A DNA stretch of 64,000 bases. Origin: Octopus vulgaris (taxonomy: Eukaryota). Location: NCBI GenBank assembly GCA_951406725.2, contig OX597817.1:31806001-31870000 (forward strand). Direction: 5' to 3'. Position 1 is the stretch's first letter, and the number at the start of each line of letters is the position of its first letter. Under the pieces are notes generated by a model, which was given only the letters and a program-made list of their open reading frames with translations, did not search any database and was not told where the DNA came from. Positions 13,578-30,219 of this stretch are shown piece after piece. The position numbers were made by a program, and so were the translations under genes.

Positions 13578-14425
13578 ATCATTGCCTTTGCACAGCTTCT
13601 AACGCTGGAGATGTACTATGGTGTCAGCTGTTCACTACCAGTGAACTAAAGTAACACCTTATTTTTCGAGCGGTTCCAAGCAGTGCTGTTTTCTGCAATT
13701 GCTCCTCTCTTGTTGCAGCCCCTATTTGTTCCACGTCCTTCTCAAGATTTTTTCCCTCTGTTCCCAGGGCTCCGACAATTATTGGTACTACTGCTACCTT
13801 TTTCATTGACCACAACTGCTTAACTTCCCAAGCTAACCTGTCATATCTCTCGACATTTCTTTCTTCCTTATCGCATACTTTGTTGTCAGCTGGGCATACT
13901 ATACCTATGATCCAGCATAGTTTGTTTCCTTTCTCAATTAAGGCTATGTCTGGCTTCCTATTCTCTATCACATGGTCGCACCGAATCATAAAATACCATA
14001 GGATCTTTGCATTTCTATTATCGACGATGCCTTCAGGTTTGTGGTCGTACCAATTTTTTGTTCTGTCAAGTCCATACTTGTTGCAAAGTGTCCAGTGAAC
14101 AAGCCTGGCGATACTGTCGTGGCGTCTGTTATTTTCCTTCTGGGATAGTGGCGTACATTGGCTCGTAATATGCCATATGGTTTCACCGTTTTGTCCACAG
14201 ATTCTGCACTTATCACTTTCTGCTGTATTTTATGTAGTTTGTTCTTAGTGCTTGCTCTTGGGCAGCACAGATTAGAGCCTCCGTTTCTGAACTTGAATCA
14301 CTTTTAGTCATCCACAGCCATTTGTTTCTCTGTCTGTCTTATCTTCAACATCCCTATGAAATTGGCCATGCATTCTTTTCTTTACCCACCTATTTTTAGT
14401 TTCATTCGTTTTCAATTTTTTGTAT
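13577..14425 (-). mobile_element. R4/Dong-clade LINE fragment: CCHC finger and restriction-like endonuclease, decayed
   Basis: ETEALICAAQEQAL, CRICGQNGETIWHITSQC, RHD, RKPDIALIEK, VVPIIVGALG; 3' end abuts (TAA)n. Confidence 0.88.
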
Positions 14426-14429
14426 AGTG

Positions 14430-15628
<1,199 letters not shown>

Positions 15629-16199
15629 TTCTCCTTTTTTTCCTTCATGTTATTCATAACTGCTGTTTTCGAATCACCTCAAGAAGTGAAAGTTTCTCCC
15701 TCATGAAACTGCATGAAAGAGTGTTTTTTTTTTTATTACACAAACGATAGTTCTTTTACTTTATCTACATACTGAAAAAATATCCAGCCACGCCTACCAA
15801 CTAAAAGAAAAAAATTCAACACCAAGAGTATCACACTCACAAAACACACATGCAAAAGTACAAGAAAATAATGTATATCAGAACACACACGTTTTAGAAG
15901 AAGATAATAACTTATATCTTCATGAAAAAAAAACACCGCTATTTTGTGTATTGTTACTTTGTGTTAACAACAGCGACAACATTCGTATACACACATACAA
16001 GTGAAATAATTGTCTTGAAGAAGTTACCAGCAAGGTAGAAATATTTGATATAACTAAACTCATGGAAAAGAAAAAGTCAGTTTAAGCCTCACAATTTTTC
16101 CTCGACTGTGCAGTATCTATATGAATTAACAAGGTAAAAGTCATCTATTTTTGCATCCTGAAAAATGGTGAAGATATTCATTTGCTTTCAAAACAGCAA

Positions 16200-16735
16200 C
16201 TGAAAGAAGCCATTCATGTATATCTAGTGAAATTTTTTCCATTGTGCATGTTAGGGTTACAGAACTGTCTTTATATGTTTTGGGACCGAAATTCAACCTC
16301 TATACAGGCTGAAATAAAAACCCACATGCCTAGCCATATACTTGCGCTCCGATATTTGGAGCAGAGAATTGTAAGGATAACAGTCAGGGGTATTTGCAAC
16401 GATATTGGTTCTTGGTTCATTGTCACTCTTTTGTCATAGTATTGTTGACTGGTCAGTGCAAAGGGAGGATATTTAGTCAAGAGGGACCAGTCATACTTGA
16501 GCTGTGTTTTCTTGGGGATGCGGAAACGAAGGGCATAAAACTGATAGTGCAAAGCAGAAAGCTAAGTTCTTACAGTCGTGATAGCAAAAAACCAATTGAG
16601 CATCTTTCTCCTGGGGTGATGGACAAAAGTGGAAGACGGAAAGGCGGAGGGAAAAGTCGACTGCATTTTCCAGAGGACCACAACTCTCAGTTCCGGAAGT
16701 GGCAGAAGAAGTCGCTTCCTGCTCTGTCGTAGAAA
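16200..16735 (+). pseudogene. Decayed retroelement ORF1 (gag-like) fragment
   Basis: Homology to 12700-12925; IKLIVQSRKLSSYSRDSKKPIEHLSP may be a decayed EGR-x-CCHC knuckle. Confidence 0.4.
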
Positions 16736-17472
16736 TCAGCAACCGAACACTCTATCTATTCCAGATGCAAGTAAGTAACGCAGCAAACACCAACACCCTT
16801 TTAGAGGCGGAAAGGACAACTGACAAGGACAAAATATCAGAATGAGCAATAAAATATATAAAGCAGGAAAAAGCCTTCAAACAAAGTAACGCACACGTAT
16901 GCGCGTGCGCGCATACACACACACACACATACACAAGTTTCGAATTTAAATGAGTAAAATTCAAATTTAATTGCGTTATAGTAATATCCTCTCATTTAAA
17001 CTAAAAAGCCTTGTTTCTCTTGTGTCATCCATAATTTACATGCGAGCACCTTCCAAAGAGGCAGGTGAGTTACTTACAAGTGGTCATCTCATATTGTTTT
17101 TCCGGATCAACGTTTGGAAATTACACCTCGCCAGGACCATTATTGTGCGAATGAAAAACTGCTCACTGCAAAATAAAAAAAATTTTCTTTATAAACACTA
17201 AAATTACGTGTTAATCCATTTTATTGCATCAAGGAGGAAAACATTAAAATTATTTTATTTTTGTGGGGTTTAATGTACCATTATGAAGCATTATGAAAAT
17301 CTCAAAGACGAAAAGGATAAGTTACAAGTCCATGGTTTTTTGAGTTGGGATCAACGTGGATATTGCAAACATCAACCGTAATCAACTGCGTTTTGTAGAA
17401 CAGAAAAGAGCTTAAAAGTTTTATGTTCTAAATTTGAAAGCTTGTTTCTCAGCTTTTGTTTGTTTATTTTTA

Positions 17473-17867
17473 TTAGCAGTATCGCCCAGCGTTGCTCGGG
17501 TTTGTTTCGACCCTTTAGAATTGGAAATTTTTTAAAAGTAAAAGTTTTGCATTATGTAGCTTGTTATTCTCTTTAAGTGAACATTTTTCTGGTTGAAATA
17601 CACCGAAAAATGGCGACACAGCACTCAAAAAATCGTAAAAATAGGGATTTTCATAGAAAAAAGTAGCTTTTTGATGTAAATAATTTTTGGTGTTAACATG
17701 GTCCGATTTGAATTTTTTCTTCTACGGACGGAAGAGCAAGCCTTCTTCAATCATACTGTCAATTTTGGTCAACTTGCGCCGCGGGGTCTCGTAGGAGATA
17801 GTGTTAGTTGAAGGCTACCAAACCTACTATTCACAGACAACTTCAGCTTAATCTCTCTATATAGAGA
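17473..17867 (-). mobile_element. Non-autonomous Helitron
   Basis: Minus strand starts A|TCTCTATAT and ends with hairpin CCCGAGCAACGCTGGG followed by CTGCTAA|T (CTRR); A/T insertion site, no TSD. Confidence 0.78.
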
Positions 17868-18556
17868 TTAAACTGCAATTGGTGAAAAATAGCATCAGTG
17901 GTTACAGGTTTCCAACGGATCAATCACTACATTATTTAACGCCGAGAATACCAAAGGTGTGTCCGTAACTCGATACCGAACCAATATCAAAAACTGGTTT
18001 TCTGTTTTTTCTCGCCGACGTTTACATCTTTTCCCGCTAAATATCAGCTGAAAGATATTCACTTACATAATATACACAGAAATTGCGCGTGAAGGAGACC
18101 CACAAAAATATCTGGAGTTTCTCCAGTTCTACAGTTTCAAGCTACCAATTTCTACTTACGATATTTAGCGAAACCCTGTTGTGATAGAAAACAGTTTCCC
18201 AATGCCCTGCAGTGAATCAACCCCAGACCCTCATGGCTACCCAGCAAGATTTTTAGCTATAGTTTGCTTCCACCACGTCTATTCCAAGGTCAGCACTGAT
18301 CAAACAAACTTTCTCTAAAAGTGTTCCAGTCGTGACTAACCAGTCATTATTTCCAGACAATATGACTATTCCATGAGTACTTTCTCCTCATCCCGAATAT
18401 AGAGGTTGATTTGAAGGACATTCGCTTGCTTATATTTCAGGTTGATCGACACAGCATAAAAGTGAAAGTAAGTGAGTTTTAGAGAAAGTAAACTAAATTA
18501 TTAAATCACGAATTGCAGCAAAGAAAAATTAAATGACATTTGAAGAGAGACAGCAA

Positions 18557-18790
18557 TGGTGGTGGTGGTGGTGGTGATGGTGGTGGTGGTGGTGGTGGAG
18601 GTGGTGGTGGTGGTGGTGGTGGTGGTGGTGGTGGTGGTGGTGGTGGTGGTGGTGGTGGTGGTGGTGGTGGTGGTGGTGGTGGTGGTGGTGGTGGTGAGGG
18701 TGGTGGTGGTGGTGGTGGTGGTGGTGGTGGTGGTGGTGGTTGTGGTGGTGGTGGTTGTGGTGGTGGTGGTGATGGTAGTGGTGGTGAGGT
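18557..18790. repeat. (GGT)n microsatellite
   Basis: Direct inspection; source of poly-G/P/H/V ORFs. Confidence 0.97.
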
Positions 18791-19083
18791 TGATGATTTT
18801 GATGGCGAATCAGGAGCCACTTGTCAAACGATAGACTGGAAATACGTACAATGAAACGTACTCTTGAGAGTTTCTGTTCCAATCCGTCTTATTCAGAACT
18901 AAGGGGCAGATGAAAGTAAAATGGGGTGGTGGGGAATATTTTTAAAGAAGCAGGCACACACACAAACACGCGCGCGCACAAACACACACACGCACATACA
19001 CCACATACATACAGAAATAAATTACAGAGGAATAAAACAGAAGAACCCTAACAATCATATTGATATATAACAATAAAAAAGCC

Positions 19084-19863
19084 GGCGAGCTGGCAGAATC
19101 GTTAGCACGCCGGGCGAAATGCTTAGCGGTATTTCGTCTGCCGTTACGTTCTGAGTTCAAATTCCGCCGAGGTCGACTTTGCCTTTCATCCTTTCGGGGT
19201 CGATTAAATAAGTACCAGTTACGCACTGGGGTCGATGTAATCGACTTCAGCCGTTTGTCTGTCCTTGTTTGTCCTCTCTGTGTTTAGCTCCTTGTGGGTA
19301 GTAAAGAAATAGGTATTTCGTCTGCCGTTACGTTCTGAGTTCAAATTCCGCCGAGGTCGACTTTGCCTTTCATCCTTTCGGGCTCGATTAAATATGTACC
19401 AGATACGCACTGGGGTCGATGTAATCGACTTAATCCGTTTGTTTGTCCTTGTTTGTCCCCTCTGTGTTTAGCCCCTTGTGGGTAGTAAAGAAATAGGTAT
19501 TTCGTCTGCCGTTACGTTCTGAGTTCAAATTCCACCGAGGTCGACTTTGTCTTTCATCCTTTCGGGCTCGATTAAATAAGTACCAGTTACGCATTGGGGT
19601 CGATGTAATCGACTTAATCCGTTTGTCTGTCCTTGTTTGTCCCCTCTGTGTTTAGCCCCTTGTGGGTAGTAAAGAAATAGGTATTTCGTCTGCCGTTACG
19701 TTCTGAGTTCAAATTCCACCGAGGTCGACTTTGTCTTTCATCCTTTCGGGCTCGATTAAATAAGTACCAGTTACGCATTGGGGTCGATGTAATCGACTTA
19801 ATCCGTTTGTCTGTCCTTGTTTGTCCCCTCTGTGTTTAGCCTCTTGTGGGTAGTAAAGAAATA
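19084..19863 (+). mobile_element. SINE family B tetramer (one head plus 4 x 184 bp)
   Basis: Units start at 19128, 19312, 19496, 19680; TSD GATATATAACAATAAAAAA at 19062-19080 and 19864-19882. Confidence 0.9.
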
Positions 19864-20254
19864 GATATATAACAATAAAAAAAACAACCACAACTAAAAC
19901 TCACACAACTACACGCGCGCATGCGCACAAATACACAAACACACACACACACATAAAACCCCTTACGACACCAGCTGCAATGATAACGGTGACCGCAATA
20001 TTAATTTTGGAGAGGGTGTGTACCCAGTTCAGTGTTAATGAGGAGATAAATGTCGATGGCAGTGTGCCATGCGCACAGGTAATTATCAGAGAACAACACA
20101 TGTATGTGCAGGTGGCGCTAACGGTCTTGACACGACTTGTTTGAACAAAGGCGGATACACAAATTGCTCGCAACGATGAAAATAAACATTTACAAACTTT
20201 CCGACGAATTTCATCAAAACAGCTTCGTGTACCGAACGAAAATTAACACGCACT

Positions 20255-21516
<1,262 letters not shown>

Positions 21517-21517
21517 T

Positions 21518-21633
21518 GGCCTGCTCGCTTAGCCAGCGGGGTGGCGTCATTTGAAGGCTAAAACAATGCTAAGCGCATTGTGACCAGCGATGTGTAGCAA
21601 CATCTGATAGCCTGGTCGGTCACGGTGATCACG

Positions 21634-21638
<5 letters not shown>
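21518..21638 (+). mobile_element. Short structured insertion in (TA)n, probable 3' end of a LINE
   Basis: GC-richer ~120 bp between (TA)n tracts with hairpins and a terminal CACGGTGAT x2 repeat. Confidence 0.45.
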
Positions 21639-21709
<71 letters not shown>

Positions 21710-21717
21710 TTGATATT

Positions 21718-21927
21718 TTTTTATTCTTTTACATGTTTCAGTCATTTGACTGCGGCCATGCTGGAGGACTGCCTTTAGTTTAACAAATTGATCCCAGGAC
21801 TTATTCTTTGTAAACGTAGTACTTATTTTACCGGTCACTTTTGCCGAACAGCTTGTGTTACGGGAACATAAACACAGTAACATCGGCTGTCAAGCGATGG
21901 TGGGGAAGACAAACGCAGACAGACGAA

Positions 21928-21958
<31 letters not shown>

Positions 21959-22334
21959 CATACATACATACATACATACATGCATACATACATACATGCA
22001 TAAATTTAGATTCAGATGAATATGGTACTTAAGTTGAGGAACCAGGATTTAGTACGGTATTATCCATACAATTTCAAAATAAGGTGATTAGAATCAAAAT
22101 AAGCAACAAGGATATCCAGAGGTAATGCAGTACGATCGTTTCACGCAACTCCATTTAATACATTCATATATATATATACGACGGGCTTCTTTCAGTTTCC
22201 GTCTACTAAATCAACTCACAAGGCTTTGGTCGACCCAGGCTATAATAGAAAACACTCGCCGAAGGTGCCACGCAGTGGGACTGATTCCGGAACCATGTGG
22301 TCGGCAAGCAAGCTTCTTGCCACACTGCCACGCC
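21718..22334 (-). mobile_element. SINE family A copy with ~165-bp insertion in its microsatellite
   Basis: Homology to family A; insert carries GAAACGATCGTA on minus strand (hammerhead 3' half). Confidence 0.8.
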
Positions 22335-22352
22335 TGATACATACATACATAC

Positions 22353-22868
<516 letters not shown>

Positions 22869-23054
22869 TAATATATTGTATACATATAAATTTGGCATGG
22901 GCGATTCTTTCTTGTATATTTTCTTGTCTTGGAATTCATGGTCAAACGACTGAGTGGAATTGCGCGAAAATTACACAGATGTGTAGAATGATCTGGTGGT
23001 GTTGCTGGGCTTTGTATTTTTTCATAACTCCCATGGTTACCGAGATAATGTACT

Positions 23055-23624
23055 ATAATCTTGTGTTTATGAATGAGAAAAGAACGGGTGATAGCTGAAT
23101 AAGGAAGGAAGGGTTAGGGTTAGGGTCAGGGTAATATTTGGTAGTGGAATGATGAAAATTGTACGCTGAAAAAATAAATCAAACAGCGTTACAACTCTGT
23201 GTATTTGGTATTTACTTACCAGCTCTTGTATTTAGTCACGGCCAGCTTTGTGTGGCCTGAAGTCGGGCAAGAAGGAAGGAAAACTGAAAAATTCTTTTGA
23301 AGGAAACAAGCAGTCAAAGGATGTTAGTTGCCAATAGATTTTTCACAAGTTTGATAGTAAAATAATTATTAAACTAAAAACTTGGTTTTGTACCTTATCT
23401 ATTACAATAATAATCTTGTGTTTTTCTCCGTCACAACATATGAATGAGAAAGGAAGGAAGTGATAGATGAATAAAGAAGGAAGAAATAATGGCAAACTTC
23501 GTAAGTAGCATGATGGAAACTGCACGGTGAAAAAGAAGTCAAACAGTGTTTCAACTCTGTGTGAGTTTATGTGTGTGTATGAAAAATGGAGGTATGTGAA
23601 TGCTTGTCTGTGTGTTTGTGTGTG

Positions 23625-23664
<40 letters not shown>

Positions 23665-23940
23665 CATCCAATGGAAGTGGAATGGTTAACATTCAACGCT
23701 GGAAAGAAAAGTTAAACAGCGTTTCAACTCTGTGTATTTGGCATTTCCTTGCCAGCTCTTGTATTTAATCATGGCCAGCTTTATGTGGCTTGAACTCGGA
23801 CAGGAAGGAAGGAAAACTTGAAAATTCTTTTGAAGGAAACAAGCAGTCAAAGGATGTTAGCTGCGGATAGATTCTTCATAAAAAATTTAGTAATAAAAGA
23901 ATTATTAAACCAAATTCTTGTTTTTGTACCTTATTTATAT
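23055..23940. repeat. Degenerate tandem duplication (~360-bp unit, about 2.3 copies)
   Basis: 23140-23400 matches 23680-23935; 23055-23200 matches 23410-23562. Confidence 0.75.
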
Positions 23941-23992
23941 ATAAAATACTACAATTAGCCGTCATTTTTGACGGTACAGGGCCCAGCTATAT

Positions 23993-24040
<48 letters not shown>

Positions 24041-24119
24041 TAAATGAAATAAAACATATGCATATATATAAACATATTTGTACGAACCTACCTCTACATG
24101 TACATATACACGCATATAT

Positions 24120-24320
24120 GAGTACAGGACACCAAAGGGACGTCGAACACAAAGAGAAACGAAAACATAGACACAAACAAAAGGAACTGGACATTTTTTT
24201 AAAAACAACAAAAAATGGAGTACAGGACAATTAACACAACGAAAAAACCCCTTCTTCAGTCGCTAAGGTTTCATCTACTCTACGTTTCGAAGGATAAAAG
24301 CGAGACGTATCTTCGACGTG
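24120..24320 (-). mobile_element. Probable Penelope-like pseudo-LTR remnant
   Basis: T-rich minus strand with CGAAACGTA and CTGAAGA motifs, adjacent to (TA)n. Confidence 0.4.
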
Positions 24321-24473
24321 GGTGGGGGTGTATGTATATGTGTGTACGTATGTATATTACCATCCAAAGGAACATACCAATATACCCTTTATTAGTTCAC
24401 TCTTATATTTCAATCCCACTATTACTTCCCCACCCCACTCGCTGTTTCTCTCTCATTCTCTTTTTTCATAAGT

Positions 24474-24508
<35 letters not shown>

Positions 24509-24525
24509 TCTCTCTCTTTATCTAA

Positions 24526-24595
<70 letters not shown>

Positions 24596-24994
24596 CTCAT
24601 TTCACTGTGATTACTCTTTCTGCATTCAACCTTCAATGTCTTTATTATTTCACTAATGTATCCTTTTTCAGCCTTTCTGTCATCCTATCTATCTTATCCT
24701 CCATATCTCTTTCTCTTTATTTTCGACCTGTTATTCATTTCAAGATAGTTTTTCAATAACAACAGAAACTTTTCTTCTTTTCTCTACACATTCCTCTTAG
24801 CAAGTTTATTCTCCATTTCATCTTTCGTGTCTTTTTGTTTTTAATTTATCTTATGATATCTTTTAGTGTGCATCTGTGCAAAACAATTAATTTAACAAAA
24901 GAACGGTTCCTAAGTTCACAAATGGAAAGAAAGCAAGCTTAAATATGTGAGGCCAGCGCCTTATCCTGTTACACTATGAACTAATAATCACCAG

Positions 24995-25200
24995 GAGCTG
25001 GCAGAAACGTTTGCACGCCGGGCGAAATCCTTAGCAGTATTTCGTCTGTCTTTACGTTCTGAGTTCAAACTCTGCCGAGGTCGACTTTGCCTTTCATCCT
25101 TTCGGGGTCGATAAATTAAGTACCAGTTGTGCACTGGGGTCGATCTAATCGACTGGCCCCCTACCCCAAAATTTCGGGCCTTGTGCCTAGTGTAGAAAAG
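24995..25200 (+). mobile_element. SINE family B monomer (tail B)
   Basis: GAGCTGGCAGAAACG...GGCCTTGTGCCTAGTGTAGAAAAG. Confidence 0.85.
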
Positions 25201-25365
25201 GTTATACTAGCTTCTAGAAAGATTTGCAATTAATTTGTGTATAGAGATCAGATAAGTATGTATAATTATTTTTCATATAGCACGCCCTGTAGGATAAACC
25301 TTTCATTGAAGGTTTCGTATGTGAATGTATGGGAGGGTGCTTGTGTATACATGTATATAGCTAGC

Positions 25366-25670
<305 letters not shown>

Positions 25671-25826
25671 GTGTTTATGTACGCAATCAAAGTACATTGA
25701 AATAGAAGATGGACAAGCAGTTGTTAACGGTTGTATAACAGTTATACAGAAGTGAGTATTATATGAACGGCATCAAGCAGAATAAATGGAAAATCGGAAA
25801 GTGAGTTTATAATAATTCTTCATAAT

Positions 25827-26020
25827 TTAGCACGCCGGGCGAAATACTTAGTTGTATTTCGTCTGTTTTGACGATCTGAGCTCAAATTCCGCCGAGGTCG
25901 ACTTTGCCTTTCATCCTTTCAGGGTCGATAAATTAAGTAACAGTTGCGTGCTGGGGTCGATCCAATCGACTGGTCCCCTCCCCCCAAAATATTCGGGCCT
26001 TGTGTCTAAAGTAAGAAAAG
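25827..26020 (+). mobile_element. SINE family B monomer, 5'-truncated
   Basis: 16-bp TSD AATAATTCTTCATAAT at 25811-25826 and 26021-26036. Confidence 0.88.
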
Positions 26021-28611
26021 AATAATTCTTCATAATATCTGTGAAACTAAAGTAGGAACATACTTTAGAGTCACAGATAAAAGTGAGAAGGGTCCGAGTA
26101 CCGAGTAGTCCGTAGTTGTTCATCATGGATAGATAAGTAAATATCCCTTCTGAAGATGAGGTTTGTGTTTATATAATTTATACTTGTATTATTTTATATA
26201 TATTCGTTAACACCAATCTACTCCACGTATATATATACACAATGCACATTACTGACTACAAAACCCTAGAAACAGCTGTACAGAATAAACCACATTCTCT
26301 ACTCTCTTATTTGTAAGGTCTGGGTATGAACTCTCCGAATATTTACCTACCTATCCACGAAGAACGACTACGAAGATAAACTCGGATTTTCTCCTCTTTT
26401 ATCTGTGATATTAAAGTATCAACTTTCAGGATGTATACATATCGATGAAGAATTACTATGTTCTATCGTTTTCCTGATTTTCCATATTTTCTGCTTCATT
26501 ATCTTTTATTTCAATCTATTTTATTGTACTTTCGTTAGCTCGACTGGTACATTGCTTATAGCCAACGCTCGTTTGCCTGGATGCTATCACTCTTCATTCG
26601 ACGTTAGACTTTAGATACCTGGTCCGGTTTGATCACTAGTTCTCCGTGTCTATTATACGCCTTTTTAAATGTATTCTTACCCGTTAAATATATGTAGTTA
26701 TATATACGAAAATATGTATGAATTAATGTATACACATACATATATGCATCGGTATACTTCTTTAATTTGATTCTGTTGGTTTCGTGTGATAGAAGGAATC
26801 GTGTCGATGGCCTTTGTAAACTATCAAGGTTAGTGAGATGATGGCTTGAAAAGCTATCATATCACCAGTCTTGATGGCTCACAAAACTATTGCTCCACTC
26901 GAAATTTTATGCGTAAACAGCTACAGGAAAAATAGGTTCAAGAATAGGTTCATGGAGTTCAGATTGCTCCAACTGTTCATGACGGTTGATGAGAAACGCT
27001 CAAGTATAGGTGACGAGAAAAAGTGTGCGAGTAATCAGAAAGTGTTTGAGCAGGACTGGTACAATACCAGCCAGCAAAACGTATTGTATTAGCAGAGAGG
27101 GTAGATAGTATACATATAGGCTAAGTTGGAGTGTTTTGGTGAGTGACTTCATGCCAATTTTAGATCTTTCTTCGGATGCAGTTTACAATGTCTATGTATA
27201 ACAATAGTAGTGTTCTAGATATGAGAGCTGCTCTCCACTCTGGTTCTCGTTTGAGTTTTCTACTCAGAACTAATATTTTTTTGTTCTGATTGGAAAAGTT
27301 AGTGTTTATCTTATTGAGGATGAAAGAGATTTCCTGAAGTTATTCACCATACTCGTGCCCAAATCATACGGATCAGAACAGTCATTTTATTTTCAGCCAC
27401 CTAGAATTTCTCCGAGATTATCATTGCTTCCACTATTGGTTCTTCTATAGAACATCAATGGAGAATGTTTAACCGGACTTATTAATTACTTGGTACTGGG
27501 ATGTGAGATCCTGTCAATGTTCAAGGTGCACTCTTAGTTTTCGATTAATTCAAGACTGCACCTTCATCAAAGACAAGGGGGTGGACGCACCTATTCACTG
27601 TCCAGAACTCTCTATAGCTGCTATACGCTTAGCGCATGTGTGTGAATTATGACCCACGGCATACCGAACCTATTGTGCAGTGAGTGTTGACAGTTTTGAA
27701 CCACTTGGAAAATGGAATGCGTTTCTTCCACAAGAAACAGAAGAGCAAACGCTGCAATCTGATCAGATGAAGATTGGAGTAAGGCACAATATTCAGATGG
27801 TATTATTCGACAAGGATGATGCTCATGTTTACCACTTCTGCTTCTTATCCCATTTTGTGGACGAGACTGCTATCCTGTTTGTAACCTTGTTCCAGTTTAC
27901 ATTATTCCAAAGCTTTAGACTGAGCCAGACCCCAATTCATTTCATTGCTGATCGGTCAAACGCTTTACCTAACCGACTAGTGAGATAGACTTACTTCTTT
28001 AGGTATTGAGATGCAAGCCCAGCGCTCTGTCCAGCTTAATTTTTACTCCACTCACCTGGTGAATCACATCTGGTTAGTTAAGAAATCTAAATCCTCTCTG
28101 AATCATCTCCTACTTCCTCACTCCCTGTCGACTGGTTGTCAACGTGAACATCATGTTTGATATTATAGATTCATCGATTAGGCATTTACGGGGTGGTTTC
28201 AAAAATACATATAAATCTGATGGGGCAAGAAACAACGAAGCTGACCACTTCTTTGTCATTGTTGTCAGTTTTACATAATTACGGGGAGCAAAAATCAACA
28301 AAAACAAATACCAAAACGCGCAAATGTCAAACATTGTTTTTACTTAACTTACGGAATGGCAAAAAAAAAAAAACCAGTGGTCCATAGTCCAGAATCAACA
28401 ACAAAAACAATAAAGCTAGAAATTAATAAATAGCAAAAAAAAAACCAGAAATTAAAAAAAAAAATATTCTACTAATAAATCATATTTGGCAACCAAAACG
28501 ACTTTTCCATTTTCTCTTAGAAGATAGAGAAGGGGATAAAGGAGCGTATCATTTGATTTAATATTTACGTTTTACTCTTTCTCGAGCCTTCTACCCTCAC
28601 CCATCTTTCTC

Positions 28612-28667
<56 letters not shown>

Positions 28668-28688
28668 CATATATATATATGTATGCAT

Positions 28689-28724
<36 letters not shown>

Positions 28725-29025
28725 GCATACATACATATCTGTTGGTCTTTTTTTTTCTTATTTATTTTCAATATATCTTTGCTCCTTGCATATTTTGCAT
28801 TATCTCCTTCACAAACCATCCGTTGCCAAATTTTATTTACGTCTTATAAACGTACACCAGCACTTACACACTCATAGGCATTTACTCACTCGAAACACAC
28901 GCACAAACGCTTACACACATGCCTGAATACATACGCCGACACATACACACACACACGCACACACATACACACACCGACACACACATTACAACGTGTATGT
29001 GGGTATGTTTGAAGATATTATGCAA

Positions 29026-29078
<53 letters not shown>

Positions 29079-29219
29079 TGTGCGTGTGTGAGTGTCTGTG
29101 TGTGTTTATGTGTGTTCGAATATGTTTGTGTAGGTAAATGTATAAGTATCATGCATACATATATGTTTGCGAGTGTACAAAGATGATGTGTATAAGACTA
29201 TATAACTGTGTGTGTTTGT

Positions 29220-29310
29220 GTATACACACATACATACATACATACATACATATATACATACATACGTACGTACGTACGTATGTACGTACGTACATACATA
29301 CATATATACA

Positions 29311-29344
<34 letters not shown>

Positions 29345-29370
29345 CATATATACATACATACATACGTACG

Positions 29371-29404
<34 letters not shown>

Positions 29405-29486
29405 CATACATACATATATACATACATACATACATACATACATACATACATACATACATACATACATACGTACATACATACATACA

Positions 29487-29520
<34 letters not shown>

Positions 29521-29610
29521 CATACATACATATATACATACATACATACATACATACATACGTACATACATACATACATACATACATACATACATACATA
29601 CATACATACA

Positions 29611-29644
<34 letters not shown>

Positions 29645-29692
29645 CACACTTACATACATACATGTAGACGTACATAAGTACATACATACATA
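29220..29692. repeat. (TACA)n microsatellite array
   Basis: Direct inspection. Confidence 0.97.
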
Positions 29693-30186
29693 ATCACGGA
29701 CGTATATGTTATCATGTGTGTACCTATATAATTCCAATTCGCTTTTGAAGAAACGTATCTGCCATATAGATTATACAGATGAGTACATTCAATGCTTCGT
29801 TCGGAAATTTTCTGAAGCGCCCTTGTAAAATATTGGTGCTTCCATGGCATGTGGAAGTCGTTTCAGTGTTCGTAATGTGTGACCAAAACATGAACCAAAA
29901 AAAAAAAAAAGAAATAGAAAGAAAGAAAGGAAGAAAGGAAGGAAGAAAGAAAGAAAGAACGAAAGAAAGCGATGTACTCAATGTTTCAGTGAATGCACAC
30001 AGTGAAATAAGTAGACGAAGAAATTTAAGTAAAATGAAATAATATATAAAGTATATAATAGAGATATATTTCAGTTTAACTTAGAATGTGGGCAGGTAGA
30101 AACCGAAATACAACGCTTGAGTTATTATTACATAAATGTATTTGGTTATGTACGTATATATTTATTAGACACACACGTACACACGC

Positions 30187-30219
<33 letters not shown>

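Noticed and set aside
18506-18882. Formin-like poly-Pro or Gly-rich ORFs
   Set aside because: Pure (GGT)n tract with no flanking domain or supported splice context.
19128-19863. CRISPR-like regular repeat array
   Set aside because: Units are whole 184-bp SINE bodies without unique spacers; eukaryotic context and no cas genes.
26850-28190. Possible very old CR1/Jockey-like LINE remnants
   Set aside because: Only vague endonuclease-like traces; too degenerate to call by eye.
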